A stretch of 64,000 nt of DNA from a virus. Positions within the stretch are counted from its first letter, which is position 1. Every line of letters starts with the position of its first letter. The stretch lies in the IMG/VR virus record IMGVR_UViG_3300030329_004481; one strand, given 5' to 3'. Positions 54,377 through 63,996 of the stretch are shown piece after piece. Below the pieces are notes generated by a model. It did no database searches. It had not been told where the DNA came from and saw only the letters and a list, made by a program, of their open reading frames with translations. Position numbers and translations under genes: made by a program.

Positions 54377-55253
54377 CTAAAGATCTTTCTACAAGTCTAC
54401 AAAACTTTTTGTCTGTTAATGGTACATAAAATATTATATGACAACGGAATACATCTGTAGGATTATCAACTGCGTGATCATAAACATAATTAAATACCCA
54501 AGCTTCACCAGGACTATAATGTTCACCATAAATTATATCATTTTTACGCACAAGCATATTTACTTTAGGATCAGTATATAGTGGTAAATGTACAATAGCT
54601 TTATCATTTACAATAATATCATTATGCCAAGGAAGTCTTGCATGGTTATGCCAATTTAAATATCCTCCATCTTTAATTTTCCATATGTGCATACGATATT
54701 TGTTGTCAGCAATATGTTTATCAATAAAATTTGTAACAGTAGGTAGTTGATCATAAATTTCAGTTTTATAAAATTTCATATCTTCGCTATTTAAACGAGG
54801 AACATTATCTACAATACTTGCAGCATACTTTTGATATTCAGGATACGCCCATGCTGATTCTTCTTTTGCTTGTTTACCTTGTCCTGTCCAACTATGAGGT
54901 GTGTAGTTAATCATTGTTTTACTATACCAATGAGGATGCAACAAAGGCCCCCTTTCTTGTGTTTCTTTATAATTACGCAGATTACATCTGCTATATGACT
55001 CTTCGTCTAACTTTTGAACCTCTTGCCATGCTTGTTCATAATCAAATACAGGTAAATCAAGTTTAAGATGAGGAATTTCTTTTATCTTAGCACTGACAGG
55101 ATTTTCATATTCATATTGTTTAATTTTTTCTACATATTTTTGTTTTTCCTCATGATCAACTTGTTTATCAAAATCAGGAACAAACTTATCTTCTTTACTT
55201 TTCCAAGGTACTTGAAGATTAGGATGAATATCTTTTTCATTTATAATTTTCAT
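54351..55253 (-). CDS. AspH-like oxygenase with an HxH metal motif
   Basis: WHNH, VHLPL, HAVDN...RCHI. Confidence 0.72.
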   Translation of the reverse strand: MKIINEKDIHPNLQVPWKSKEDKFVPDFDKQVDHEEKQKYVEKIKQYEYENPVSAKIKEIPHLKLDLPVFDYEQAWQEVQKLDEESYSRCNLRNYKETQERGPLLHPHWYSKTMINYTPHSWTGQGKQAKEESAWAYPEYQKYAASIVDNVPRLNSEDMKFYKTEIYDQLPTVTNFIDKHIADNKYRMHIWKIKDGGYLNWHNHARLPWHNDIIVNDKAIVHLPLYTDPKVNMLVRKNDIIYGEHYSPGEAWVFNYVYDHAVDNPTDVFRCHIIFYVPLTDKKFCRLVERSLDGQLNQQF

Positions 55254-55966
55254 GGTGTGTACCCTTCTTCATAGTGTGGTTTCCAATCTAAAAAATCAAC
55301 CATAAAAAATATACGCCCAGCACAACCTGGCCGACTGTTGTCAAATATATGTATATTTTGTGTATTTACTTTGTACAGCACTGCTTTGTCCATACTTAAC
55401 CAAACTTCTTCAACTTCACCATCTTCGTGTGTATACTGCCAACCAAATTGTCCTTTTAGTGTAGTAGTAATAGGAAATTGAAATCTATGATGCGTATAAA
55501 GATCCTGATGCCATTGCATGCAAAAATCAGGACCTTTGTACATCACCAACATTACTTTGTATTTGTCTTGCAATTCTTCTTTTTCAGCAATAGTATCAAT
55601 TAACTTTTGTACATATTTTCCTACTTCATAGTTTGGTTTCTTAGTGAGTATACCATGCACAATGTATTCCTCATCTGTACCTTTTCTAAAATAATTACAA
55701 TTAAGAACATAATTATTAAACTCCACTTCTTCATAGAGTCCTTGTTCAGTTCTTTCACGTTTTTGTTCTGGTGATGTATAAGGTGTGTGTCCCATCGGCC
55801 AACTTAAATTAAAGTAATCTCCGCCTGGATTATTATATCCACTATTAAGATGTTGTTTTATTAAGTTAATAGCAGGTTGTATATCAGAAACTATACCATT
55901 ATACCATTCTTCTGTCATTTTAACATCTAATACTTTACTAAGGCCAAGTTGTTCGCTTCGGTGCAT
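55250..55966 (-). CDS. 2OG-Fe(II) oxygenase (AspH-like)
   Basis: WHQD, RFQFPI, HIFDN...RIF. Confidence 0.75.
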   Translation of the reverse strand: MHRSEQLGLSKVLDVKMTEEWYNGIVSDIQPAINLIKQHLNSGYNNPGGDYFNLSWPMGHTPYTSPEQKRERTEQGLYEEVEFNNYVLNCNYFRKGTDEEYIVHGILTKKPNYEVGKYVQKLIDTIAEKEELQDKYKVMLVMYKGPDFCMQWHQDLYTHHRFQFPITTTLKGQFGWQYTHEDGEVEEVWLSMDKAVLYKVNTQNIHIFDNSRPGCAGRIFFMVDFLDWKPHYEEGYTP

Positions 55967-56597
55967 TCCGACCTCCTAACGCTTTGTCCCATAACCAATA
56001 ACAAGCATCTGGTGTGGGTTCAACATTTAAAAGCAAAAGCAAACAACCATCAATAAAACTTACAACCCAATGATTTTTTAAAGTATTCAAAAAATATGAT
56101 TTTCCTTCTTGTAATGGTAAAATTTTATCTTCATACCCCCACTTAAAATCATTTGTTCCTGTGTTCCAAATTGGTATAACAATGCGAAATGAATCCAATC
56201 CATCGTGGTGAGGGGGAAATATACCACCTTTATTTAAATTTATAAAGTGACTTCTACAAAGATAAGGTTTTGCATCTTGAATAAGTGGAATATCATCTGA
56301 TACTAAATCATACAATTCTGTTTTAGTTTTAAAATCAGTCTCTAAAAAATTAGTACCATTTTCTTTATTATAACTTCTGATACTATCTACACTTGGACTG
56401 ACAGGATTACCATCTTTATTTACAATAGCCAATCCCTTCACACCTGGATTTACTCTCTCAAACCATCCATTTTTATCTCCATATTCAAAAACTTTCTTTG
56501 CTATTTTCACATAATCAATTTTAGGATATAGAGTTTCTAAAAAATCGCCGGCACTAACTATAGCACTATAGTTAAGTTGTCTGTCTAGCATACTCAT
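55938..56597 (-). CDS. 2OG-Fe(II) oxygenase (AspH-like)
   Basis: PPHHD, RIVIPI, LNTLKNHW. Confidence 0.72.
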   Translation of the reverse strand: MSMLDRQLNYSAIVSAGDFLETLYPKIDYVKIAKKVFEYGDKNGWFERVNPGVKGLAIVNKDGNPVSPSVDSIRSYNKENGTNFLETDFKTKTELYDLVSDDIPLIQDAKPYLCRSHFINLNKGGIFPPHHDGLDSFRIVIPIWNTGTNDFKWGYEDKILPLQEGKSYFLNTLKNHWVVSFIDGCLLLLLNVEPTPDACYWLWDKALGGRNAPKRTTWP

Positions 56598-57204
56598 TAA
56601 AATGCTCCTTTATTTTTTCAAAAGTATAATCATATTTAAAATTCAATTGAAATAAAAAACGTTTTTTATTTGTTTTATTTTCTACACTATGTTTTATTTC
56701 AGTATTAATTAAGGTAGTTTGATCATATATTGTTTCAAATCTTTTTGGTGTTAACCAATAAGTTGTGCTACCTTCAAGACTTAAAGGAAAACTCAAATTA
56801 CATTTTCTAAAACTATCAATATGTGGAATAAATGTGCTATGTTCTGGAATAACAATAATACTAGAACAATGAAAAAATAAATTTAAATCAATATCTAAAT
56901 TACTTATTACATCAGATATTAATTCTCTTGAGTGATTTAATAAATTAAAATAATGTTTTTGATCTGATACTGGAACTAATTCAGGACTTTCAATATATGC
57001 ACCTTGATTAAATGAATTAGCTATTGTTAAATATTTACACTTTTTATCCTCAACAGCATCGTATGAAATTACTTTGTCATTAGTTACAGTAAAAAAATAT
57101 CCATTCTTTTCTAATTTTTTTACTTCATCATATATTAAAGAACGTAAAAAATTATCTAATTTATAATCAATATTAATCCAAAGGTTTTTTGAATCCAAAT
57201 TCAT
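56572..57204 (-). CDS. 2OG-Fe(II) oxygenase
   Basis: PHID, NLSFPL, INT...HSVEN...RFLFQ. Confidence 0.75.
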   Translation of the reverse strand: MNLDSKNLWINIDYKLDNFLRSLIYDEVKKLEKNGYFFTVTNDKVISYDAVEDKKCKYLTIANSFNQGAYIESPELVPVSDQKHYFNLLNHSRELISDVISNLDIDLNLFFHCSSIIVIPEHSTFIPHIDSFRKCNLSFPLSLEGSTTYWLTPKRFETIYDQTTLINTEIKHSVENKTNKKRFLFQLNFKYDYTFEKIKEHFNEYARQTT

Positions 57205-57790
57205 CTATTTCCCATGCATAATCTCTATGTATAAAACTATCAATTTTTTCTGAAACTTTAATATCTTCTTGATCATAATTTTGTACTAATATTTTAGGAA
57301 CAGTACTTATATTAAAAAATTTTTTCATAATTTTATTAATATCCTTTACATCATAAACATCACAAATAACATTATTATCAATAGTATAAATTTCACGATT
57401 AAAATTACAAGTTCCTTTAATATCAATTAAACTTTTTGTAAAATCTTCAATATTATTGAGACAGTAATTATTTAAGTTTTTCCAATTATATTTAGAACCT
57501 GTATATTTGTTAAAGTAATAATAACTAATTAAACATATCCAAGGGTTTCTTATAAAAGTAAATTTTTTTGAAATGTTCCACACGTCCAATCTTTTTTTCA
57601 AAACTTTAGCGGACATATGACTAATAAATTTATAATCATCAAGAGTGTCCGTATCTTTACTTCTAACTTCTAAAATACTTACAGAATTTTCTTCAGCATA
57701 CTGTCTCATACATTGTTTGACTGCATGACTACCTGTTTTTTTACTACGCAGGTATACTAATGGGGGATTCTGATATAGGATTGTTGGCAT
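57173..57790 (-). CDS. sulfotransferase family protein
   Basis: KKTGSHA, HMSA, FTFIRNPW...ISYY; start placed at MPTILY. Confidence 0.75.
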   Translation of the reverse strand: MPTILYQNPPLVYLRSKKTGSHAVKQCMRQYAEENSVSILEVRSKDTDTLDDYKFISHMSAKVLKKRLDVWNISKKFTFIRNPWICLISYYYFNKYTGSKYNWKNLNNYCLNNIEDFTKSLIDIKGTCNFNREIYTIDNNVICDVYDVKDINKIMKKFFNISTVPKILVQNYDQEDIKVSEKIDSFIHRDYAWEIDEFGFKKPLD

Positions 57791-59561
57791 GCTTTTTTTC
57801 CATACTTCCATCTGAAGAATATAATTTAAAATACTTTTTTTTAGTTTCAAAAATGTCAATATGATCTATTGTAAAATTTTTATATACTAATCGTATTTCA
57901 TTTGCTGCTATATCTAAATTATCATATATATCAACAGCTTCTCTTAATCTCATATGACTTTTAATTATATATTGAACACTTAATAAATCAGTAAGCCACA
58001 CTTTATCTGAATTAGTAGTAAGATTTTTTCTAAAAGCATACTGGTGGTCTAATAAAAATGATTTAAATAATGGCATATTATCTATATTGTCAAAAAAATC
58101 ATATGCTTGTTCTCTAATATGTTTTTTACTATTCAACATATATTTTCTAGCAAAACCAGTATTAAATAATGTACCAAACCACCACCAATACATATACATT
58201 TGTTCCAAATCTTCAGTAGAATAACTATAGCATCTATTAAACATAGTAATACTTCGCCATTCTAATTTATTATTTTTATTATTTTTAGTTTTATAATTTT
58301 TTGCATTAAGTCTATTTTTATGATAATCTGTCAATTTTAAATCTAATAAATCTTTTGGTGCATAAATCTTAATCAAATTAGCATTATATTTTTTCCTAAA
58401 TTCTTGACTATAATATGTTGTGTTTGGCATAACAGTAAGAGGATAAGCTCTATTGAAATAACATCCATTGTCTATATCTTTTTGTAAAACATCTAACCAA
58501 GTTTCTGATGTTTCACCAGGCATTCCTATTATTAATTCACTATTAATTTCATAACCTTGTTTTTTTACTTCATTATAAATTTCAATCATTTTTTCATTTC
58601 TAATATTACTTCTTTCAGCAACTTTTAATGCTTCCTCTGTATGGGTTTGGATACTCAATTTCATAGTATTATTATTTTCTTCAAATTCTTTTTGAATTGT
58701 AGACATAATTTCTGGTAAGAACCTACTACCATTTTTAGCTAAACCACAAAAGGTCACTTTCATGTCTTTATTGTATTCATATTTCTTTACAACAAGTTCT
58801 CTAATATATTCAAGATCTTCTTTAAATATTCCATAATTAGCATCAATAAATTCAATTCTACTAATATTTCCTTTAAAGGCATATTCTATAACTTTTTTAA
58901 TTTCATCTTTATCAAATTTTGTTATCTTACTTCTAATAACACTTCCCCAATCACAAAAAGCACAAGAATAAGGACATCCCCTATTAGTTTCCATAGGAAT
59001 AACCACATTATCTCCATCCATTTCAAAAAGATGAGTTAATGTCCCATCAGTATATGGTGTTGGAGTCCATTCAACCTTATAAAGTTTTCTATCGACATTT
59101 ACATTATTCCAACCAATTCCAACTGTACCTTCATGAGTATTAAAAGGTTTGTCAATATTCAACAAAAATTGTTTAAAGTTTTCTTCAGCTGGGCCGACAA
59201 AATGTAAATCAGAATACGGCCTTTCAATACAAAATTCTTGTGAATCTTTATTATTTTCTGGAATCTGAGGTCCACCATAAACAACAATTCCATTTGGATT
59301 TATTTCTTTAAATCTTTTAGCTATTCTATCATTAATTTCTTGATTCCATATATAACAAGTCAAACCCAAAATGTCAGTCTTTTCTAATTTTTCTTGAAAT
59401 TTTTTACTACTTTCATTTCTTTGTAAAAATTCTGGTTCAAGAAAATTAAATTTTTTTAATATTTTTTTATCTTGCTTGCAATAAGATATCAAACACCCAG
59501 CTGGATATGGAAGCCAATCTTGAAACTGTATACTAAAAGTGCATATTAGTATATTTTTCAT
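57744..59561 (-). CDS. B12-binding radical SAM enzyme
   Basis: WLPYPAG, CYIWN, VYGGPQ, ETNRGCPYSCAFCDWG, DANYG, ELIIGMPGET. Confidence 0.9.
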   Translation of the reverse strand: MKNILICTFSIQFQDWLPYPAGCLISYCKQDKKILKKFNFLEPEFLQRNESSKKFQEKLEKTDILGLTCYIWNQEINDRIAKRFKEINPNGIVVYGGPQIPENNKDSQEFCIERPYSDLHFVGPAEENFKQFLLNIDKPFNTHEGTVGIGWNNVNVDRKLYKVEWTPTPYTDGTLTHLFEMDGDNVVIPMETNRGCPYSCAFCDWGSVIRSKITKFDKDEIKKVIEYAFKGNISRIEFIDANYGIFKEDLEYIRELVVKKYEYNKDMKVTFCGLAKNGSRFLPEIMSTIQKEFEENNNTMKLSIQTHTEEALKVAERSNIRNEKMIEIYNEVKKQGYEINSELIIGMPGETSETWLDVLQKDIDNGCYFNRAYPLTVMPNTTYYSQEFRKKYNANLIKIYAPKDLLDLKLTDYHKNRLNAKNYKTKNNKNNKLEWRSITMFNRCYSYSTEDLEQMYMYWWWFGTLFNTGFARKYMLNSKKHIREQAYDFFDNIDNMPLFKSFLLDHQYAFRKNLTTNSDKVWLTDLLSVQYIIKSHMRLREAVDIYDNLDIAANEIRLVYKNFTIDHIDIFETKKKYFKLYSSDGSMEKKHANNPISESPISIPA

Positions 59562-59980
59562 GATGTTACTGTTATTTCTTTTATTTTATAAGGTTGTTGT
59601 AAGATCCAATCAATTATGCTAACCGCATAATCAACTGGCATTTTAGATACATTTTTATTTTTTTGACTTTCAGTATCTATATAACCAAAATTTACACAAG
59701 TTGTATGTATACCTTCAGTAAACAAATGGTGGTTTGCTTCTCTAAGAGATTTTTTTTCTATTGCGTATCTATAACGAAATGTATAATCACTAGCGTGTGA
59801 TCCTATATTAATTATACGTTTATTTAACTCTGCGGCTTGGTATAATAATTCTACTTGTTCAAAACCATTGTGTTTACAATTAATAAAAATATCACAAGAT
59901 TTTAAATTTTCACAATTTCCATACTTTTCAACAAGAGATTTTCCCAAACCCCTTCTTGTTCCTGTAATAAAATATTTCAT
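59558..59980 (-). CDS. minimal short-chain dehydrogenase (SDR)
   Basis: ITGTRRGLG, IINIGS, YAIEK; start placed at MKYF. Confidence 0.78.
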   Translation of the reverse strand: MKYFITGTRRGLGKSLVEKYGNCENLKSCDIFINCKHNGFEQVELLYQAAELNKRIINIGSHASDYTFRYRYAIEKKSLREANHHLFTEGIHTTCVNFGYIDTESQKNKNVSKMPVDYAVSIIDWILQQPYKIKEITVTS

Positions 59981-61008
59981 AAAAAGGTTTTGTCTCCCGG
60001 CCATAATGGTAATTTGACTCCAGGTTTACGTTTGGGTATTTTACTATCAGCAGAACTTACACAAGCATCTGACAAACAAGGTTGCGGACTATCAAATAAT
60101 TTAAATCCTGTTTCTATATTACCTAAAGGTAAATCTCTGCAAGAATAAGACCGCTTAATGCTCCCATCAGGCTCGCGGATAATGATACTGCGATGGCCAG
60201 ACGAACAATCCCACCCCCTGAAATTATTAAAATTAAACGCATTGAATCTTTCTGCTTGATCCATTTCATAAGTTTCACCTTTTGAGTCTATTAATTCTAT
60301 TTCCATAGTTGGAGTTTTTGATTCATTATATAATATGTCTAATTGACTATCTGTGTATCCTTCTACTACTTTTGTGGCAGTTGGATTAGATTGTGGTTTC
60401 AATGTTGTATGTATCCCCCTCTCTTTGAAATACAAAACATGATCACATAATTTAAAAAATCTTTCCGGAACCATAACCATATTTATTGTAATGCGAATAC
60501 CATTGTCTTGACAGAAAACTAATTTGTCAGCAAATTCTTCTATTTTCTTTTCTGTATTTAAATGTTCAAAATGTGCAGACGCAGTAATAGAAGCTCTGTC
60601 AAATTGTTTTGCGTATTTTACATATGTCTCAAACCAACTCATTTTACGTGAGCAGTTTGATGTCATGTGAATTCTTTGTCTCTTACAATTAATATTATCA
60701 TCAGCTAAATGTTGCAAAATATTTAAATATCCAGGATGAAAAGTGGGTTCTCCACCAGACAAAGACCAATTAAAACTATTAAACCCATTGTTTCTTGCTT
60801 GACGTTTTATTTCATCTATGGTAGATAAACATAGTTCCGTAGGTCTATGATCTTTTTTATCTGACCTAGCATAAGGCCAACAGTATGTACATTTGTAATT
60901 ACAGAACCTGCCAAGTAACCATGACACAGTGAATGTATCATGATAAAGCATAGTTTTTGTTCCTACAAGTTCTATATCATTAAAAGGTATTTTTGTAAAG
61001 TCTAACAT
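59977..61008 (-). CDS. radical SAM enzyme with a C-terminal Cys-rich (SPASM/twitch-like) region
   Basis: CNYKCTYC, SGGEPT, C...G..I..DG, PC...AC. Confidence 0.88.
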   Translation of the reverse strand: MLDFTKIPFNDIELVGTKTMLYHDTFTVSWLLGRFCNYKCTYCWPYARSDKKDHRPTELCLSTIDEIKRQARNNGFNSFNWSLSGGEPTFHPGYLNILQHLADDNINCKRQRIHMTSNCSRKMSWFETYVKYAKQFDRASITASAHFEHLNTEKKIEEFADKLVFCQDNGIRITINMVMVPERFFKLCDHVLYFKERGIHTTLKPQSNPTATKVVEGYTDSQLDILYNESKTPTMEIELIDSKGETYEMDQAERFNAFNFNNFRGWDCSSGHRSIIIREPDGSIKRSYSCRDLPLGNIETGFKLFDSPQPCLSDACVSSADSKIPKRKPGVKLPLWPGDKTFL

Positions 61009-62819
61009 ATTCTTTTTATTTTTAATAAATTTTTATGTGAATATTTTTCAATATCTATAACATTTGCAAATTTATTAAAAAAATTAACATAATAAGTTGG
61101 ATCACCTGAAAACCAATTCCTTTCACCTTCTGCAATACAGAATATAAATGTGCCATTTATTTTTAATAAATTTTTAAAAATTCTTTTTACTGTTTCTTCT
61201 ATATAAAAAAAATCTTTAACTTCTTCATTTAAACCATTGAATAAATTTAATCCAACCGCATACATACTATCAAATTTTTCCAAAGGAGAATATGTATAAA
61301 GATTTTCAACTAAAAAATTAGCTCCTTTAGAATTATTTCTAGCATACTCAATTGCTTTATCTGATAAATCTATTCCTGTCACATCTTTATATTTGTAATT
61401 ATCATATAAAAAATTAGTATGAATTCCCATGCCACAACCAAAATCTAAAAGTTTATCAGAACAATTCCATCCAGAAAATTTTTCAATTTTTGGAATATAA
61501 TCTTTTGAATATTGTTTTAAACCTTCTATTTTGTTTTCTTTTGATAAATTTAAATCTGAACTTGGTCCCATATCACTTTTAAAAAACATTTCTTCATTTG
61601 CATAATACTTGGTTTGATGAACATTGTATAAAGTAGATGGACAAACATGAGACAAATATCGATATTCTTTTCGATTTATCAACCAAGGACAAGCCGTTAC
61701 CAAGTCTTCAGCATTAGGTTTAACAAAATCCGCTAATTTAGTAAAAGATAAAAAATCATAATAACTATCTTTATCTTGTTCCGCTTGTTTAAAACCTTCA
61801 GCTAATTTTAAAATTCCACTTTTTGTTGACCTTTTGTTTACAGGAATATTTTTTATTATTAAATCATGTGCTTTTTCTAAATGCTCTTTTGGTAAAACAG
61901 AATAAGATAAGTATTTTGGAAAAGCAACTATATTTTTAAAATAACTATCTATACCTTGTTCTTCAAAATATTTAAATATTTTAACTGGTTCAAAAATATT
62001 ATAAGCCATCCATAAAGTAGTTATACTTAAATATATATTAAATACTTTTTTAAATTTTTTTATATTATCTAATACGTGTTCAATTGTAAAATTTTGTCCA
62101 CCTCTAATATATTGATATAATACATGATCTAATGCTTCTAAACTAATTGATAAATTAACTTTTTTAAAACATTGAAATAAATTAATAAATTTTTCATTAT
62201 ATATTGTTCCATTTGTATGAATATCTAATATAACATTTTGTGTGTTTATATTTTTAATAATATAATTTAACAATTCAATATTTGCTGGTTCAGCAAAAGG
62301 TTCTCCACCTTTTATCGCAATAAATTCTATATTTGGGCATTTATTAATAATATCTTTTACTGTTTCTAAGTTATTAGCATTTTTTTTAAAAACATTTCCC
62401 TTATCTTCATATTGTCTTGGAAACCCTCTATAATCTTTCCAGTTAAATTTTTCAAATATTTTTTCAGTTGGTATCCATGAAGTGCTGTAACTTCCACTAC
62501 ACATTTTACATTTTAAATTACAAATATTACTCATATCAATCTCCAACATACGAATATCCATTACATCATGAAATTCAATATGTTCAAAGGATTGATTGAG
62601 AAATTTTCTACGACTCCATCCTACTTTATCTTCTTTTGTTTTACAACTTATACAATTATTATGAAATTTTCCATCTAATAAAGATTTCCTCAGAGATTCT
62701 GTCTGTTTCCAATATTCATCTAAATTTTTTGTAGGATTTGAATTCTTATACACAGGATCAGGTAATAAAGAACCATCCATATGAACAACTAAACTATTCC
62801 AAGGAGCTTTACAAAACAT
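61002..62819 (-). CDS. twitch-type radical SAM enzyme fused to a class I SAM methyltransferase
   Basis: CKAPW, CISC, CNLKCKMC, GGEP; C-terminal LLDFGCGMG, GIDLS. Confidence 0.85.
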   Translation of the reverse strand: MFCKAPWNSLVVHMDGSLLPDPVYKNSNPTKNLDEYWKQTESLRKSLLDGKFHNNCISCKTKEDKVGWSRRKFLNQSFEHIEFHDVMDIRMLEIDMSNICNLKCKMCSGSYSTSWIPTEKIFEKFNWKDYRGFPRQYEDKGNVFKKNANNLETVKDIINKCPNIEFIAIKGGEPFAEPANIELLNYIIKNINTQNVILDIHTNGTIYNEKFINLFQCFKKVNLSISLEALDHVLYQYIRGGQNFTIEHVLDNIKKFKKVFNIYLSITTLWMAYNIFEPVKIFKYFEEQGIDSYFKNIVAFPKYLSYSVLPKEHLEKAHDLIIKNIPVNKRSTKSGILKLAEGFKQAEQDKDSYYDFLSFTKLADFVKPNAEDLVTACPWLINRKEYRYLSHVCPSTLYNVHQTKYYANEEMFFKSDMGPSSDLNLSKENKIEGLKQYSKDYIPKIEKFSGWNCSDKLLDFGCGMGIHTNFLYDNYKYKDVTGIDLSDKAIEYARNNSKGANFLVENLYTYSPLEKFDSMYAVGLNLFNGLNEEVKDFFYIEETVKRIFKNLLKINGTFIFCIAEGERNWFSGDPTYYVNFFNKFANVIDIEKYSHKNLLKIKRIC

Positions 62820-63996
62820 TTTTTAATTCTATAAATTTGTCTAAATTGAAAGAAGAATCTATAGCTAAATTAAACTCATTAAAATCTACCATTGATGCTT
62901 TTTTATGATAAGATCCTTGACTCTCTCCATAATCTAAACTCAAATATTGTATTAGTGTTTTTCTTAATCTAGGATATCTTGTTTTGATATCATTTTTTTT
63001 ATATTTTTTAATAAGATTATCTTTATACCTTTTTGGTAAAACATAAATTGTTAAAGGTTCTGGTGTAAGTACTCTATTTGATCCAATCCACGGCCATTCT
63101 TCACAATCAGATTTAATATGACTAAATTGCTGAACATAATCAATATATTCCTCAAAAAAATGAATGTTCAACGCTTGCCAACATGGAGCAAAATGAATAT
63201 CCCAATTTTTATTTTCTGTTATGAAAGAAAACCAAAGTCTGATAACATTATCAATTTTTTCCCAAGATACTCCTGGTCTTATGTATTCATTTAATTCACC
63301 AATACCATCTATACTAAGTTTTATTACACCACCATTTGCTAACTTTAATTTTTCTATTATTTGATCATCTGGAAATATTGTTCCATTAGTATTATATTCA
63401 AAAAATATATTTTGAATCATATTTTTAGGCATTAATTGAATAAAAGAATTATGTTCTTTACTTATAAATGGTTCTCCTCCCATAATTTTTATATATTCCA
63501 AATTAGTAAACATGGAAGGATCTTCAATTTCCATTTTCCATAAACCTTTATCTCCTGTATCTAAGGACCATTTTTTATTATATAAAGATGAAAATTTTCC
63601 CCAAACACTATTCCATTTTGTACTATAACTTGGACCACACATTCTGCAAGTTAAATTGCATTCATTTGAAAAAGATATATCAAGAGCTTTAATTTCAGAT
63701 AAACTTTGATTTATATTATAATTTTTTAATTCAAATTTATCATTCATAAAAATTCTATAACTATTAACACCCATCTTTTCTTTGTTTAAACAACGTTCAC
63801 ATCCAGCTGGAATTTTCCCTTCTATCATTTCTTTTCTAATTTCTTTAAAATAATCAGAATTAAAACTATCAATTATAGAAGAATCTTCAACTCTAGGAAC
63901 TTTTACATTATTTGATCTATTTTGTATTTTATTTTCAAATTCACAACATGGACCAAATACATGATTTTGAAACTGCTTTACATGAATAAATGGCAT
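62809..63996 (-). CDS. twitch-type radical SAM enzyme (true start probably beyond the window edge)
   Basis: PCC, CERC, CNLTCRMC, MGGEP, TNGT, SIDG..YIR. Confidence 0.85.
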   Translation of the reverse strand: MPFIHVKQFQNHVFGPCCEFENKIQNRSNNVKVPRVEDSSIIDSFNSDYFKEIRKEMIEGKIPAGCERCLNKEKMGVNSYRIFMNDKFELKNYNINQSLSEIKALDISFSNECNLTCRMCGPSYSTKWNSVWGKFSSLYNKKWSLDTGDKGLWKMEIEDPSMFTNLEYIKIMGGEPFISKEHNSFIQLMPKNMIQNIFFEYNTNGTIFPDDQIIEKLKLANGGVIKLSIDGIGELNEYIRPGVSWEKIDNVIRLWFSFITENKNWDIHFAPCWQALNIHFFEEYIDYVQQFSHIKSDCEEWPWIGSNRVLTPEPLTIYVLPKRYKDNLIKKYKKNDIKTRYPRLRKTLIQYLSLDYGESQGSYHKKASMVDFNEFNLAIDSSFNLDKFIELKNVL

